From contig JBFKVA010000004.1 in NCBI GenBank assembly GCA_041635475.1, forward strand, positions 2,640 to 66,639: DNA of 64,000 bases, written 5' to 3'. Shown one piece after another: positions 38,429 through 49,740 of the stretch. Source of the DNA: Acidimicrobiia bacterium. Its GTDB lineage: Bacteria; Actinomycetota; Acidimicrobiia; Spongiisociales; JAENVV01. Numbering within the stretch: position 1 is the stretch's first letter; every line of letters starts with the position of its first letter. A model generated the notes under the pieces. The model had not been told where the DNA came from and did not search any database. It saw only the letters and a list, made by a program, of their open reading frames with translations. The position numbers were made by a program, and so were the translations under genes.

Positions 38429-38510
38429 TGATTCCAACGACAATGACCCGCATCTCAAAGAAGATCAAGACCTGATACACTTCGACTCAGATTTACTTCG
38501 TAGGTGACTC

Positions 38511-41087
38511 ATGGATCCGAGCAAGCTCACAAGCGCCACCCAGCGAGTCCTGGGGTCGGCCGCGGCGTCCGCCGCCGATCGCGCCCACCCCCACATCGAG
38601 ACCGCCCACATGGCCAAGGCGCTCCTGGCGGAGACGGACGGCCTCGTCTACCCGCTTCTCACCCGCCTCGGGATCCAACCGGTGGCGCTCCGGGGCCGGG
38701 TCGACGCGATCCTCGACACGCTCCCCCAGGCCCACGGTGGCCAGGAGGCAACGCTGTCCCCCGACGCCGGAAGGGTCCTGGCCGCCGCCGACACCGTCCG
38801 CAGCCGCCTCGGGGACGACTACCTCTCGGTCGAGCACCTCATCATCGCCCTCAGCGGGGCCGAGGATCGGCTCGGGGCCGCACTGCGGGAGATGGGCGCG
38901 ACCCCGGACGCGGTCGAAGGGGCACTGGCCGACCTGCGGGGCTCGCGGCGCGTCACGACACCGGACCCCGAGGCGACCCAGGACGCGCTCGGCAAGTACG
39001 GACGGGACCTCACCGACGATGCCCGAGCCGGGAGGCTCGACCCGGTCATCGGACGCGACGACGAGATCGGCCGGGTCATCCAGGTGCTGAGCAGGCGCAC
39101 GAAGAACAACCCCGTCCTCATCGGCGAGCCGGGGGTGGGCAAGACGGCCATCGTCGAGGGCCTCGCCCGCCGCATCGCCGATGGCGACGTCCCCGACAGC
39201 CTGGCCCACAAGCGGATCGTCGCCCTCGACCTGGGATCCATGCTGGCCGGGGCCAAGTACCGGGGTGAGTTCGAGGAACGGCTAAAGGCCGTCCTCGACG
39301 AGATCAGGGACGCCCAGGGGAACGTCGTCACCTTCATCGACGAGCTCCACACCGTGGTCGGGGCGGGTGCGGCCGAGGGGGCAATGGACGCCTCGAACAT
39401 GCTCAAGCCCATGCTGGCTCGGGGCGAGCTGCGGATGATCGGGGCCACCACCCTCGATGAGTATCGGCAGCACGTCGAGCGCGACGCCGCCCTCGAACGA
39501 CGATTCCAGCCGGTGCTGGTCGAAGCCCCCTCGGTGGAGGACACCATCGGCATCCTCCGGGGCCTCAAGGAGCGGTACGAGGTCCACCATGGCGTCCGGA
39601 TCCAGGACAGCGCCATCATCGCGGCCGCCGTGCTCTCCGACCGGTACATCACCGCCCGTCAACTTCCTGACAAGGCCATCGACCTCATCGACGAAGCGGC
39701 CTCCAAGCTGCGGATCGAGATCGACTCGATGCCCGAGGAGATCGACACCCTCGTCCGCCGGATCGTGCAACTGGACATCGAGCGGGCCGCTCTCGAGAAG
39801 GAGAGCGACGCGGCCTCCCGGGAGCGCCTCGAGGCCGTGGAAGAGGAGCGGGCCGACCTCACCGAGGAGGCGGACCGTCTCAGCGCGCACTGGCGCCTGG
39901 AGAAGGAGGCCATCGGGGACATCCGGGGCACGAAGGCAGAGATCGAGGAGACCCGGATGAGTGCCGAGCGGGCCGAGCGCGAGGCAGACCTCACCCGGGC
40001 GGCCGAGCTGCGCTACGGGACGCTCCCCCAACTCGAAACCCGCCTCGCCGACCAACAGGAGGCGCTCGCAGCCCTCCAGGCCGACAACCGGATGCTGTCC
40101 GAGGAGGTCGAGGAGGAGCACGTCGCCGAGGTCGTGTCCCGGTGGACCGGCGTCCCGGTCTCCCGCCTCATGGAGGGCGAGGTCGCCAAGCTCATCCGCC
40201 TCGAGGACCACCTTCACGAGCGGGTGGTGGGCCAGCTCGAGGCGGTGACGGCCGTCGCCAACGCCATCCGTCGCAACCGGGCCGGCCTGTCCGATCCGCG
40301 GCGGCCGATCGGCTCGTTCATCTTCCTGGGCCCGACCGGGGTCGGCAAGACGGAACTGGCTCGGGCGCTTGCCCAGTTCCTGTTCGACGATGAGCGCTCC
40401 ATGGTTCGTATCGACATGACCGAGTACATGGAACGGCACGCCGTCAGCCGCCTCATCGGCGCACCACCGGGGTACGTCGGGTACGACCAGGGCGGCCAGC
40501 TCACCGAGGCGGTGCGGCGGCGCCCGTACTCGGTGATCCTTCTCGACGAGATCGAGAAGGCCCACGCCGACGTGTTCAACGTGCTGCTTCAGGTTCTCGA
40601 CGACGGGCGCCTCACCGACGGCCAGGGACGCACCATCGACCTCACCAACACGGTCCTCATCATGACCTCCAACCTCGGATCGGAACTCATCGATCCCGAC
40701 CTCCCCGACGAGGTGGTGGCGTCCCGCGTCCTCGAGGTGGTCAAGCGAACCTTCCGCCCGGAGCTCATCAACCGGGTGGACGAGATCCTCGTCTTCAACC
40801 GGCTCACCCGGGCCGACCTGCGCCAGATCGTGGACATCCAACTCGCCGAACTTCGGGTTCGGCTGGCCGGCCGCAAGCTCGGCCTGACGGTGTCGGAGGA
40901 GGCCGTCGACTGGCTGGCTGACCACGGGTTCGACCCCGCCTACGGAGCCCGGCCGCTCAAGCGGCTCATCCAATCCGCGATCGGGGATCCGTTGGCACTC
41001 GCGCTCCTCGAGGGGCAGTTCACGGAGGGGGACACGGTCATCGTGGATGTCGAGGGCGAGTCGCTGGCGATCGGGGCAATCGGGTAG
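38511..41087 (+). CDS. clpB: ATP-dependent chaperone ClpB
   Basis: 858 aa. Two AAA+ modules (GEPGVGKT and GPTGVGKT), middle coiled-coil, [10 protein letters not shown]. Confidence 0.95.
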   Translation: MDPSKLTSATQRVLGSAAASAADRAHPHIETAHMAKALLAETDGLVYPLLTRLGIQPVALRGRVDAILDTLPQAHGGQEATLSPDAGRVLAAADTVRSRLGDDYLSVEHLIIALSGAEDRLGAALREMGATPDAVEGALADLRGSRRVTTPDPEATQDALGKYGRDLTDDARAGRLDPVIGRDDEIGRVIQVLSRRTKNNPVLIGEPGVGKTAIVEGLARRIADGDVPDSLAHKRIVALDLGSMLAGAKYRGEFEERLKAVLDEIRDAQGNVVTFIDELHTVVGAGAAEGAMDASNMLKPMLARGELRMIGATTLDEYRQHVERDAALERRFQPVLVEAPSVEDTIGILRGLKERYEVHHGVRIQDSAIIAAAVLSDRYITARQLPDKAIDLIDEAASKLRIEIDSMPEEIDTLVRRIVQLDIERAALEKESDAASRERLEAVEEERADLTEEADRLSAHWRLEKEAIGDIRGTKAEIEETRMSAERAEREADLTRAAELRYGTLPQLETRLADQQEALAALQADNRMLSEEVEEEHVAEVVSRWTGVPVSRLMEGEVAKLIRLEDHLHERVVGQLEAVTAVANAIRRNRAGLSDPRRPIGSFIFLGPTGVGKTELARALAQFLFDDERSMVRIDMTEYMERHAVSRLIGAPPGYVGYDQGGQLTEAVRRRPYSVILLDEIEKAHADVFNVLLQVLDDGRLTDGQGRTIDLTNTVLIMTSNLGSELIDPDLPDEVVASRVLEVVKRTFRPELINRVDEILVFNRLTRADLRQIVDIQLAELRVRLAGRKLGLTVSEEAVDWLADHGFDPAYGARPLKRLIQSAIGDPLALALLEGQFTEGDTVIVDVEGESLAIGAIG

Positions 41088-41113
41088 CGTCGATGCGTCC
41101 AGGAGGACCGTCG

Positions 41114-42202
41114 ATGGCGAACCCCCCGAACTCCCCAACCCCGGTCGTGGCGTCCGACCTGCATCGGCTTCATGCCGCGAGCACCGGGACGTGGGTGGGT
41201 GTCACCATCCGATCCGAGGAGATCCCCGAGCGCATCGACGAGATCGTGAAGACCCTCGAGTCGGCCGGGCACCCGATCCTGGCAACCGGCGCCCACGATG
41301 ACCGCGTCCTCGAGACGGTCCACGACCGAGGCATGATCGAGTGGATGCGGGGCGCCCACGCCGCGTGGATCGTCGCCGGCTACCCCACCGACCCCGGCCA
41401 GGACCAGGTGACCGCCTACGCGTTCCCGACGGAGCGATTCCTCGGGGGCCGACCACTCCGGCTGCCGACGTCGCCCGGGGCACTCGCCGGCGTCTATGCG
41501 ATGGACACGATGACCCAGGTCGGTGCCGGGACCTGGGAGGGGGCGCGGGCGGCGGTCGACACCGCCATGACGGCGGCGGACCTCGTCGCCCACGGTGCCC
41601 GATCGGCGTACGCCGCCTGTCGTCCCCCGGGCCACCACGCCGGCCGCGACTACTTCGGGGGGTCGTGCTACCTCAACAACGCGGCGGTGGCGGTCGAGAC
41701 CCTGCGCGCAGGCGGCTTGGAGCGCATCGCCACCATCGACATCGACGCCCATCACGGGAACGGGACCCAGGAGATCTTCTACGGACGCGACGACGTCATC
41801 ACCGGCTCCGTCCACGTCGACCCGGCGGCAGGGTGGTTTCCCCACTTCGTTGGTCACGCCGACGAAGTGGGGTCCGGCAGGGGCGAGGGTCACAACCGCA
41901 ATGTCCCGATCCCGCCTGGGAGCGACGACGACGCCTGGCTCGCCGGCCTGGACCGGCTCGTCGACTTCGCCGCAGGGCACCGTCCGGATGCCATCGTCGT
42001 GTCCCTCGGTGTCGATGCCGAGGTCTCGGACCCCGAGAGCCCGCTCCGTGTGACCGCGGCCGGCTTCACCGCGGCCGGCGAACGGGTAGCGTCCCTCGGG
42101 CTGCCGACCGTGTTCGTGCAGGAAGGCGGGTACGTCCTCTCCACCATCGGGGAACTCGTGGCTGCCGTGATCACCGGCTTCGACAGGAGGGTCAACCGAT
42201 GA
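41114..42202 (+). CDS. histone deacetylase-family amidohydrolase (acetylpolyamine/acetoin-utilisation type)
   Basis: AGGAGGA 6 nt before the ATG. CRPPGHHA and DIDAHHGNGTQ zinc/catalytic motifs. Confidence 0.85.
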   Translation: MANPPNSPTPVVASDLHRLHAASTGTWVGVTIRSEEIPERIDEIVKTLESAGHPILATGAHDDRVLETVHDRGMIEWMRGAHAAWIVAGYPTDPGQDQVTAYAFPTERFLGGRPLRLPTSPGALAGVYAMDTMTQVGAGTWEGARAAVDTAMTAADLVAHGARSAYAACRPPGHHAGRDYFGGSCYLNNAAVAVETLRAGGLERIATIDIDAHHGNGTQEIFYGRDDVITGSVHVDPAAGWFPHFVGHADEVGSGRGEGHNRNVPIPPGSDDDAWLAGLDRLVDFAAGHRPDAIVVSLGVDAEVSDPESPLRVTAAGFTAAGERVASLGLPTVFVQEGGYVLSTIGELVAAVITGFDRRVNR

Positions 42203-43992
42203 CGGTTGGCAAGGACGAGCACCACGGCGTTCCCAGCCTCGTACGCCCCGACGCTCCCAAGGCTGCGACCTGGAGCCTCGAGGCCATCGCCGCCGTCGAG
42301 CGACCGCACGACGCCCGGGTCTCCCCCACTGGGACGCATGTCGCCTACATCCTCGATCGGGACACCTCCGACGTCTGGACCATCCCGGTGGCGGGAGGGC
42401 ACCCACGGCGGATCACGACCGGAAGGGAGTTGGCGCCGTACTGGGAGGACGACGCCGCCGCCTGGTCCCCAGACGGCACCGTGATCGCCTTCACGGCCGA
42501 GGGCTCAACCTTCGTCGTGCCCCTGGCCGGCGGCCTGCCTTCGAAGGTTGTCGCCGCCTCGGACCCCCAATGGCTCGACGACGCCACGCTCGTCGTCACC
42601 ATCGACCGAGGCGACGAGAGCCGACTCGCCCGCGTGGACATCCACGACGGGTGGCCGGACGCCCTCACTCCCGCCGGGCAGAACGTCTCGGGTGCGTCGA
42701 TCGCCGGCACCACGATCCTCTACGTCGTCCACCCGAGGGGTGACCGCAACCGAAGCGACATATGGGTCGTCGAGGGGTCGGCCGAGCCCCGCTTCGTCGC
42801 CGGCGGACCGGGGGCCCAGGCCCGCGGACCACGCCTCTCTCCGGACGGCACCACTGTCGCGTACGTCTCGGAGGCTCCGGGGTGGTACGAGGTCCACCTC
42901 GTCGGCCTCGACGGCTCGACCCCTCGACAGCTCACTACGGACGGGGCGGACTTCTCGGGGCTCGCCTGGCACCCCGACGGCGCCAGGATCCTCGCGGTCC
43001 GCAGCCGGATGGGCCACGGTGACCTCGTCTCCATCGACGTCGGGACTGGTCGTGTCACCCTGCTCGGCAACGGCGGCGAGTGGGGCGCCCCGATGTGGGC
43101 CGGGGACGCCATCATCGCCACCCACGAGGATCACCGCACACCGCCGCGCCTCGTCCGGTTCGACGCCGACGGGTCTGTGACGAGCCTCACCGCCCCTCCC
43201 CCGGTCTCGATCACCGCCGCCCCCCACCGTCCCTTCGAGGAGGTCCGGTATCGGTCACGCGACGGCCTCGAGATCCACGGATTCCTGTTCCGGCCGGCAT
43301 CCCAAGGGCCCGTGCCTGCCATCGTGTACCCCCACGGGGGCCCGACCTCGGCATACGGCGACTCCTGGGATGGCCACGCCCAGTACTTCATCGACAAGGG
43401 ATATGCCTGGTTCGCCGTCAACTTCCGGGGAAGCACCGGCTATGGCCGCGGTTTTGAGCGAGCCAACCATGGCGTCTGGGGGATAGCCGACACCGAAGAC
43501 TGTCTCGCCGCCGCCGACCACCTGGCGACGCTGGACTGGATCGACGCTCGTCGGATTGGCATCTTCGGGGCGAGCTACGGCTCCTACATGGCGCTCGCCG
43601 CCCTCACCCGAGACCCGGGTCGGTTCGCCTGTGGGGTGGCCAAGTACGGTGACTCCGACATTGCCACGTCGTGGGCACAGGGCGACCGGGGGGGTCGGGA
43701 GGACCTCGAGCGGATGATGGGGACCCCCGCCGAGAACCCGTCCGGTTACCGGGCCGGGTCGCCCCTCTGGGAGGTCGATCGGATCACAAGCCCGATCCTC
43801 GTCGCCCACGGCGAACGTGACGAGCGGGTTCACCCGGACCAGTCGGCCCAGCTCGTCGACGAACTCCGGCGTCTCGGCAAGAGGTTCGAGTACGTCACAT
43901 ACCCGACCGAGGGCCACGGGCTCCTCCGGGCGGAGCCCCAGGTCCACTTCTACCGCCGGTTGGAGCGGTTCCTCGACTGGTACCTCATGTGA
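42199..43992 (+). CDS. S9 family serine peptidase (acylaminoacyl/prolyl oligopeptidase-like)
   Basis: Beta-propeller N-half. GASYGSY nucleophile and HGERDERV. ATGA overlap with the upstream gene. Confidence 0.85.
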   Translation: MTVGKDEHHGVPSLVRPDAPKAATWSLEAIAAVERPHDARVSPTGTHVAYILDRDTSDVWTIPVAGGHPRRITTGRELAPYWEDDAAAWSPDGTVIAFTAEGSTFVVPLAGGLPSKVVAASDPQWLDDATLVVTIDRGDESRLARVDIHDGWPDALTPAGQNVSGASIAGTTILYVVHPRGDRNRSDIWVVEGSAEPRFVAGGPGAQARGPRLSPDGTTVAYVSEAPGWYEVHLVGLDGSTPRQLTTDGADFSGLAWHPDGARILAVRSRMGHGDLVSIDVGTGRVTLLGNGGEWGAPMWAGDAIIATHEDHRTPPRLVRFDADGSVTSLTAPPPVSITAAPHRPFEEVRYRSRDGLEIHGFLFRPASQGPVPAIVYPHGGPTSAYGDSWDGHAQYFIDKGYAWFAVNFRGSTGYGRGFERANHGVWGIADTEDCLAAADHLATLDWIDARRIGIFGASYGSYMALAALTRDPGRFACGVAKYGDSDIATSWAQGDRGGREDLERMMGTPAENPSGYRAGSPLWEVDRITSPILVAHGERDERVHPDQSAQLVDELRRLGKRFEYVTYPTEGHGLLRAEPQVHFYRRLERFLDWYLM

Positions 43993-45053
43993 GACGACGG
44001 CTCCGTGACCTCGGCGTCGTCATCGGGGAGTTCCCTCCCGGGCCCCTCAACGCCATCACCGACGTCCCCGGGGTCTGGGTCGGACACACCACCGTGATCC
44101 GGGACTCCCCGACCGTTGTCCGCAGCGGTGTGACCATGGTCGTTCCCCGCGAAGGCGGGATCTGGTCCAACTACGCCTACTGCGGGATCGAGGCCCTCAA
44201 CGGCAACGGCGAGATGACAGGGATACCGTGGATAGAAGAGTCAGGGATGCTCGGGTCCCCGATCGCCATCACGAACACCCACCAGGTCGGGATGGTGCGG
44301 GACGCCATGGTCCGCCATGCCGCAGAGATGAACCTCGACCGGGACTTCATCCTGCCGGTGGTGGCCGAGACCTGGGACGGACACCTGAACGACGCCGAGT
44401 CCTTCCCCCTCGGGGAGGCAGACGCCATCGCCGCCATCACGTCCGCCCGAGCCGGGCCGGTGGCCGAAGGCAACGTGGGCGGCGGGACCGGGATGATCTG
44501 CCACGAGTTCAAGGGAGGGATCGGTACATCGTCCCGGGTGGTCGAGACGGGGTCCATCAGCGCCACGCTCGGCGTCCTCGTCCAGGCGAACCACGGGCGT
44601 CGGGGCGACTTCCGCGTCAACGGACTCCCGGTCGGCCACGCCGTCGGGTTCGACGTCGCCCCCTCCGCCTGGGAGGGCGGGACCGGCGAGGCGTCGGGTT
44701 CGATCATCGTCGTCATCGCCACCGACGCCCCGCTCCTGGCCGACCAGTGTCGCCGCCTGGCGAAGCGGGCGACGGTCGGTCTCGCCCGGTCGGGTGGGTT
44801 CGGGCACAACTCGAGCGGGGACATCTTCATCGCCTTCGCAACCGGCAACGACCTGCGTAGGGACGAACCGGTCCGGACCGTCCGGACGCTCGACCACGAG
44901 CTCCTCACACCCCTCTTTCGCGCCACGGCGGAGGCCGTCGAGGAGGCGGTCACCAACGCCCTCTGCGCCGCCGAGACGATGACCGGGTACCGGGGTCGGA
45001 CCGCTTTCGCGCTCCCGCACGAGGCCGTCGAACGTTTCGTCCGGATGGGCTGA
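43989..45053 (+). CDS. P1/S58 (DmpA-type) aminopeptidase
   Basis: NAITDVPGVWVGHTT, GGGTGMICHEFKGGIGTSS and ATDAPL. GTGA overlap with the upstream gene. Confidence 0.85.
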   Translation: MRRRLRDLGVVIGEFPPGPLNAITDVPGVWVGHTTVIRDSPTVVRSGVTMVVPREGGIWSNYAYCGIEALNGNGEMTGIPWIEESGMLGSPIAITNTHQVGMVRDAMVRHAAEMNLDRDFILPVVAETWDGHLNDAESFPLGEADAIAAITSARAGPVAEGNVGGGTGMICHEFKGGIGTSSRVVETGSISATLGVLVQANHGRRGDFRVNGLPVGHAVGFDVAPSAWEGGTGEASGSIIVVIATDAPLLADQCRRLAKRATVGLARSGGFGHNSSGDIFIAFATGNDLRRDEPVRTVRTLDHELLTPLFRATAEAVEEAVTNALCAAETMTGYRGRTAFALPHEAVERFVRMG

Positions 45054-45152
45054 GGACCACCCCCAAACCGCGTTCCGAACAACCTCCACGTTTGGCGCCC
45101 ATCGCGTCGTAGGAAGCTCTACATTCACGGGGTTACACACCCGGAGGACCAC

Positions 45153-46907
45153 GTGAAGCGCATCGTCGCACTGCTCGCCGTCATGCTGATGGCGACGCTG
45201 CTTGCCCCAACGGCCGTTGCCCAAGAGGACGACAGAGTCGTCCTGCGGATCGGCCTCACCCAGGACTGGGAGACCCTCAACCCCGTCGTTGGGTTCGCCG
45301 TGAGCGAGTACGAGATCTGGAACATCCACTACGCCACCCTCACGGACAAGGCGGCTGCGGACTTCGCGACCATCCCGGGCCTCGCCGAGTCCTGGGTCGC
45401 CTCCAACGGGGGCCTCACCTACACGTACACGCTTCGCGAGGGTCTCAGGTGGTCCGACGGCGAGCCTCTCACTGCCGAGGACGTCGCCTGGAACATCAAC
45501 ACGGCCGTCGAACAGGAGTGGGACAACATGATCGCGACCGTGGGGAACCTCACGGCGGTCGTGGTCGACGAGCGGACGGTCGAGATCACCTCGTCGGTGC
45601 CCGATCCGAAGCTCCCGGCCATGGACGCGTACCTCGTGCCCAAGCACATCTGGGAGCCAGTTGCGGTCGACTACGACGGCACCGCAGAGTACGACGGGCT
45701 GAGCGGGGTCGGGAGTGGTCCGTTCGTCATCACCGAGTTCAACCCGGGCCAGTCGGTGATCATGGACGTCAATCCCAACTACTGGGGCTGGCATGGTGAG
45801 GAACCGGTCATCGACCAGCTCGTGTTCCAGTACTTCTCGAACCCGGACGCCATGGTGGCGGCCCTCCAGCAGAACGAACTCGACGCCATCCATGGCTTCC
45901 CGGCCAGCTCCGCCGAGGCACTCGAGGCCGACCCCGACATCGTGGTCGTCGCCGGCAAGCAGGGTGGGTTCGACGAGATCGCCATCAACGGTGGCGCTGC
46001 CGAAGGCCAGCCCCATCCCGCCCTCCTCGACCTCGAGGTGCGCAAGGCGATCAGCCATGCCATCGACCGGGCCGGCGCGATCGAGGACCTCTGGTTCGGC
46101 TTGGCGTCCCCGCTCGAGGTCATGAGCCCGGCCGCCGACACCGACAAGTGGTTGCCCGAGATCCCGGCCGACAAGCGGTTCGACTACGACGTTGCCAAGG
46201 CGAACCAGATACTCGACGACGCCGGCTACGTCGACTCCGACGGCGACGGCATCCGAGAGATGCCCGACGGCACGAACCCGCTCATCTTGCGCCACGCGGT
46301 GAACACCGACGGTGACCAGGCGGCGGCCATCGCCGACCTCTTCGTCGGCTGGATGGCCGACATCGGGATCGGTGTGGAGCTCTCGTCCTACGACCAGGAC
46401 GCCCTCTTCGGCGTCATCGTGGACGGCACCTACGACACGTTCTTCTGGGGTTGGGTGCCGTTCGCCGACCCCGACCCGATGCTGTCCTACTTCACCGAGG
46501 CCGAGCTGGCGAACTGGAACGACGCCAACTGGTGGGACCCGGCGTACGAGGAGCTCTACCTCGCCCAGAAGTCCGAGCTCGACCCGGACCGTCGCGTCGA
46601 GATCGTCCACGAGATGCTCACTCTCTTCCACGACGCCGCCATCTACATCCCGATGTGGCTGGGGCCGGACCTGCAGGCCTACCGCACCGACACGTTCGAG
46701 GGCTGGGTCCAACAGCCGGCCGAGGTCGGCCCGGTCATGTTCTCGAACTCGTCGCCGAGCTACGCGCTCCTGCGGCCCGTGGGCGGCGCTACCGCCAATG
46801 CGACCGACACGAACTGGCTCCTCTTCGGAGGAATCGCGGTCGTGGTCGTCGCGGGTGGGGTTCTCATCGCGATGCGACGCCGGTCCACGGCCGACGAGCG
46901 GGAGTAG
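45153..46907 (+). CDS. family-5 (peptide/nickel) ABC substrate-binding protein with C-terminal TM anchor
   Basis: GTG start after GGAGGA. Signal peptide without Cys. LREGLRWSDGEPLTAEDV. C-terminus WLLFGGIAVVVVAGGVLIAMRRR. Confidence 0.85.
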   Translation: MKRIVALLAVMLMATLLAPTAVAQEDDRVVLRIGLTQDWETLNPVVGFAVSEYEIWNIHYATLTDKAAADFATIPGLAESWVASNGGLTYTYTLREGLRWSDGEPLTAEDVAWNINTAVEQEWDNMIATVGNLTAVVVDERTVEITSSVPDPKLPAMDAYLVPKHIWEPVAVDYDGTAEYDGLSGVGSGPFVITEFNPGQSVIMDVNPNYWGWHGEEPVIDQLVFQYFSNPDAMVAALQQNELDAIHGFPASSAEALEADPDIVVVAGKQGGFDEIAINGGAAEGQPHPALLDLEVRKAISHAIDRAGAIEDLWFGLASPLEVMSPAADTDKWLPEIPADKRFDYDVAKANQILDDAGYVDSDGDGIREMPDGTNPLILRHAVNTDGDQAAAIADLFVGWMADIGIGVELSSYDQDALFGVIVDGTYDTFFWGWVPFADPDPMLSYFTEAELANWNDANWWDPAYEELYLAQKSELDPDRRVEIVHEMLTLFHDAAIYIPMWLGPDLQAYRTDTFEGWVQQPAEVGPVMFSNSSPSYALLRPVGGATANATDTNWLLFGGIAVVVVAGGVLIAMRRRSTADERE

Positions 46908-46946
46908 CCGCTGACGATCGACCGGAGGCGGGGGCGGGGATGGTTC

Positions 46947-47900
46947 GTGGGCCGCAAGGTCCTCGGGTCCATCCTCACCCTCGCCTTCGTCCTCGTCTTC
47001 AACTTCTTCCTCTTCCGCGTCGTCCAGACCGATCCCATCGGGTCCCTCTTTCGGGGCAGGAACGTGCCGGCGGAGAAGATCGCCGACCTCCGGGAGAAGT
47101 TCGGGCTTGACGAGCCGATCGGGACGCAGTTCGTGTTCTACGTGCGCGAGACCGCCCAGCTCAACCTGGGGATCTCATACCAGAGCCGCCAGCCGGTCTG
47201 GGATGAGATCGCACGTCGGATCCCGGCCACCGTGGTCCTCGTGGGGGTCTCGGCGATCCTGTCGGCGGTGATCGGGACGATCGGGGGCATCGTGGCCGCA
47301 TGGCGACGGAACTCACTCCGTGACCACGCCATCACGTCCTCGACAATGGTCTTCTACTCGATGCCGGACTTCTGGTTGGGAATGATCCTCCTCCTGGGCT
47401 TTGCGGTGGTCCTCGGGTGGTTCCCGGTGGGGGGCATGATCTCGGCGGGCTCGAATGCGACCGGGATCGCCTGGCTCCTCGACTACCTCCACCACCTCTT
47501 CCTGCCGGCCCTCACCCTGACACTGGCCTACCTGGGTGAGTACGCGCTCGTCGCCCGCAGCTCCCTCCTCGATGTCATGGGGGAGGACTACCTCACGGTG
47601 GCTCGGGCGAAGGGCCTGCGCGATGTGATCGTGCGGCGAAAACACGCCGTGCCCAACGCCCTCCTGCCGGTCGTGACCCTGACGGCGATCAACTTCGGCT
47701 TCGTCCTCTCGGGAGCGATCGCCGTCGAGACCGTGTTCTCGTGGCCGGGCCTCGGCAAGGCCACCGCTGACGCCATCCGCGGCCCTGATCTCCCAATGCT
47801 CCAGGGCATGTTCCTCCTCTTCAGTGCCGCAGTCATCGTCTTCAACCTGCTCGCCGACATCGCCTACGCCTGGCTCGATCCCCGGGTGGAGAAGGAATGA
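46947..47900 (+). CDS. ABC transporter permease (DppB/OppB type)
   Basis: 317 aa, 6 TM helices. ARAKGL segment of the EAA loop. Confidence 0.85.
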   Translation: MGRKVLGSILTLAFVLVFNFFLFRVVQTDPIGSLFRGRNVPAEKIADLREKFGLDEPIGTQFVFYVRETAQLNLGISYQSRQPVWDEIARRIPATVVLVGVSAILSAVIGTIGGIVAAWRRNSLRDHAITSSTMVFYSMPDFWLGMILLLGFAVVLGWFPVGGMISAGSNATGIAWLLDYLHHLFLPALTLTLAYLGEYALVARSSLLDVMGEDYLTVARAKGLRDVIVRRKHAVPNALLPVVTLTAINFGFVLSGAIAVETVFSWPGLGKATADAIRGPDLPMLQGMFLLFSAAVIVFNLLADIAYAWLDPRVEKE

Positions 47901-48787
47901 GCCTCGCCATGCAGCGGCGGCGGGCAACCGCCAGGCGGATCTGGGCCCAGTTCCGGGGTTCGCGCCAGGGGATGATCGGTCTCGTCGTGCTCGTCGTCTT
48001 CGCCCTCGTGGCCGTGGCCGCTCCCCTGCTCGCCGACATCGCCGAGCTGAACCCGGTCCGTGCCCGCGCGGCCGGCAACCCCCAATGGGCTTCGCCGGGC
48101 GAGTTCGGCCCGCTCGGGACCGACCACCTCCGCCGGTCGGTGTGGGCGCAATTCGTGTGGGGGTCGCGGGTGAGCCTCTTCGTGGGCCTGGCCGCGACGA
48201 TCCTCACGATCTTCATCGGCTCGGTCATCGGCATCCTGTCGGGCTTCATCGGAGGGAAGGTGGATGCGGCCCTCATGCGGATCACCGAGTGGTTCCTCGT
48301 CATCCCGTTCCTCCCCCTGGCGATCGTGCTCGCGTCGGTGCTCGGCCGCAGCGTGTGGAACATCATCTTCGTGATCGGCATCACCTCCTGGCCCTCGACG
48401 GCGCGGCTCGTCAGGGCACAGGTCCTCACCGTCAAACAACGGCTCTTCGTCGACCGTGCCCGGTCGCTCGGCGCCGGTCCTGGTCACCTCATCACCCGCC
48501 ACATCCTTCCCAACGTGAGCGGCCTCATCCTCGCCAACGCCACCCTCGCCGTCCCGATCGCCATCCTCACCGAGACGACGTTGGCCTTCCTCGGCCTCGG
48601 CGACCCGTCGTCGGCCTCGTGGGGGAAGACCCTCGAGGAGGCCTTCGTCAACGGCGCCATCGTGCGCAACGCCTGGTGGTACTTCCTCCCGGCAGGGATC
48701 GGGATCCTGGTCGTCGTGCTCGCCTTCACACTCATTGGAAGGACGATGGAGGAGATCGCCGATCCCCGGATGAGTCGTCGCCGATGA
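47897..48787 (+). CDS. ABC transporter permease (DppC/OppC type)
   Basis: 296 aa. FVDRARSLGAG EAA-like loop. 4-nt overlap with the upstream gene. Confidence 0.85.
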   Translation: MSLAMQRRRATARRIWAQFRGSRQGMIGLVVLVVFALVAVAAPLLADIAELNPVRARAAGNPQWASPGEFGPLGTDHLRRSVWAQFVWGSRVSLFVGLAATILTIFIGSVIGILSGFIGGKVDAALMRITEWFLVIPFLPLAIVLASVLGRSVWNIIFVIGITSWPSTARLVRAQVLTVKQRLFVDRARSLGAGPGHLITRHILPNVSGLILANATLAVPIAILTETTLAFLGLGDPSSASWGKTLEEAFVNGAIVRNAWWYFLPAGIGILVVVLAFTLIGRTMEEIADPRMSRRR

Positions 48788-49740
48788 CCATGCTCTCGGT
48801 GCACGACCTGTCCATCACCTACCGAACCCGGTCCGGACCCCTCCCGGCCGTGCGGGGGGTCGGCTTCGACCTCGAGCGGGGTGGGTCGCTCGGCCTCGCC
48901 GGTGAGTCCGGGTGTGGGAAGTCGACGCTGGCCAACGCCCTGCTCCGGCTGCTCCCAGCGGAGACCGAGGTGACCGGGGAGATCGTCATGGCCGGCCAGG
49001 ACGTACTCGGGCTCAGCCCCGGGGGGCTCCGGGCCGCCCGCTGGACGACCGGCGCCATCGTCTTCCAGGGGGCACTCCACGCCCTCAACCCGGTCCAGAC
49101 GGTCGGACGCCAGGTCGCCGAACCGATGCTCGTCCACTCGACGGTCCCGTCTGGGGACGCCGCCCGCGCCCGAACCGGGGAACTGCTCGAACGGGTCGGC
49201 CTCCCGGCCGACCGCGCCGACTCCTACCCCCATCAGCTCTCCGGCGGGCAGCGCCAGCGGGTCCTCATCGCCATGGCCCTCGCCTGCGACCCCCAGCTCC
49301 TCATCGCCGATGAGCCAACGACGGCGCTCGACCTCATGGTGCAGGCCCAGGTGCTCTCACTCATCGAGGACCTCCGAAGGGACCAGGACCTCACGCTCAT
49401 CTTCATCACCCACGACCTGTCGGTGCTGACGTACGTCTGCGACGACATCGCTGTCATGTACGCCGGGCGCATCGTGGAGCGGGGCCCGAGCTTCGAGGTC
49501 TTCGAGCGCGGGGCACATCCGTACACGAGGGCACTCTCGGCGGCGTTCCCCACCATCGGCGACCCGGCGTCGCGCATGTCCCCGGCGGGACTGGGCGGCG
49601 ATCCCCCGACCCCCGGCAACCTGCCGCCCGGATGCCCGTTCCACCCCCGCTGTCCCCTGGCGGAGCCACGGTGCCGCGAGGAGGAGCCGCCGTTGCGGGA
49701 GTCGGGACCCGGTCGGAGGGCGGCATGCATCCTCGTGTGA
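48784..49740 (+). CDS. ABC transporter ATP-binding protein (OppD/DppD type)
   Basis: GESGCGKST Walker A, LSGGQRQR and C-terminal CPFHPRCP motif. Confidence 0.9.
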   Translation: MTMLSVHDLSITYRTRSGPLPAVRGVGFDLERGGSLGLAGESGCGKSTLANALLRLLPAETEVTGEIVMAGQDVLGLSPGGLRAARWTTGAIVFQGALHALNPVQTVGRQVAEPMLVHSTVPSGDAARARTGELLERVGLPADRADSYPHQLSGGQRQRVLIAMALACDPQLLIADEPTTALDLMVQAQVLSLIEDLRRDQDLTLIFITHDLSVLTYVCDDIAVMYAGRIVERGPSFEVFERGAHPYTRALSAAFPTIGDPASRMSPAGLGGDPPTPGNLPPGCPFHPRCPLAEPRCREEEPPLRESGPGRRAACILV

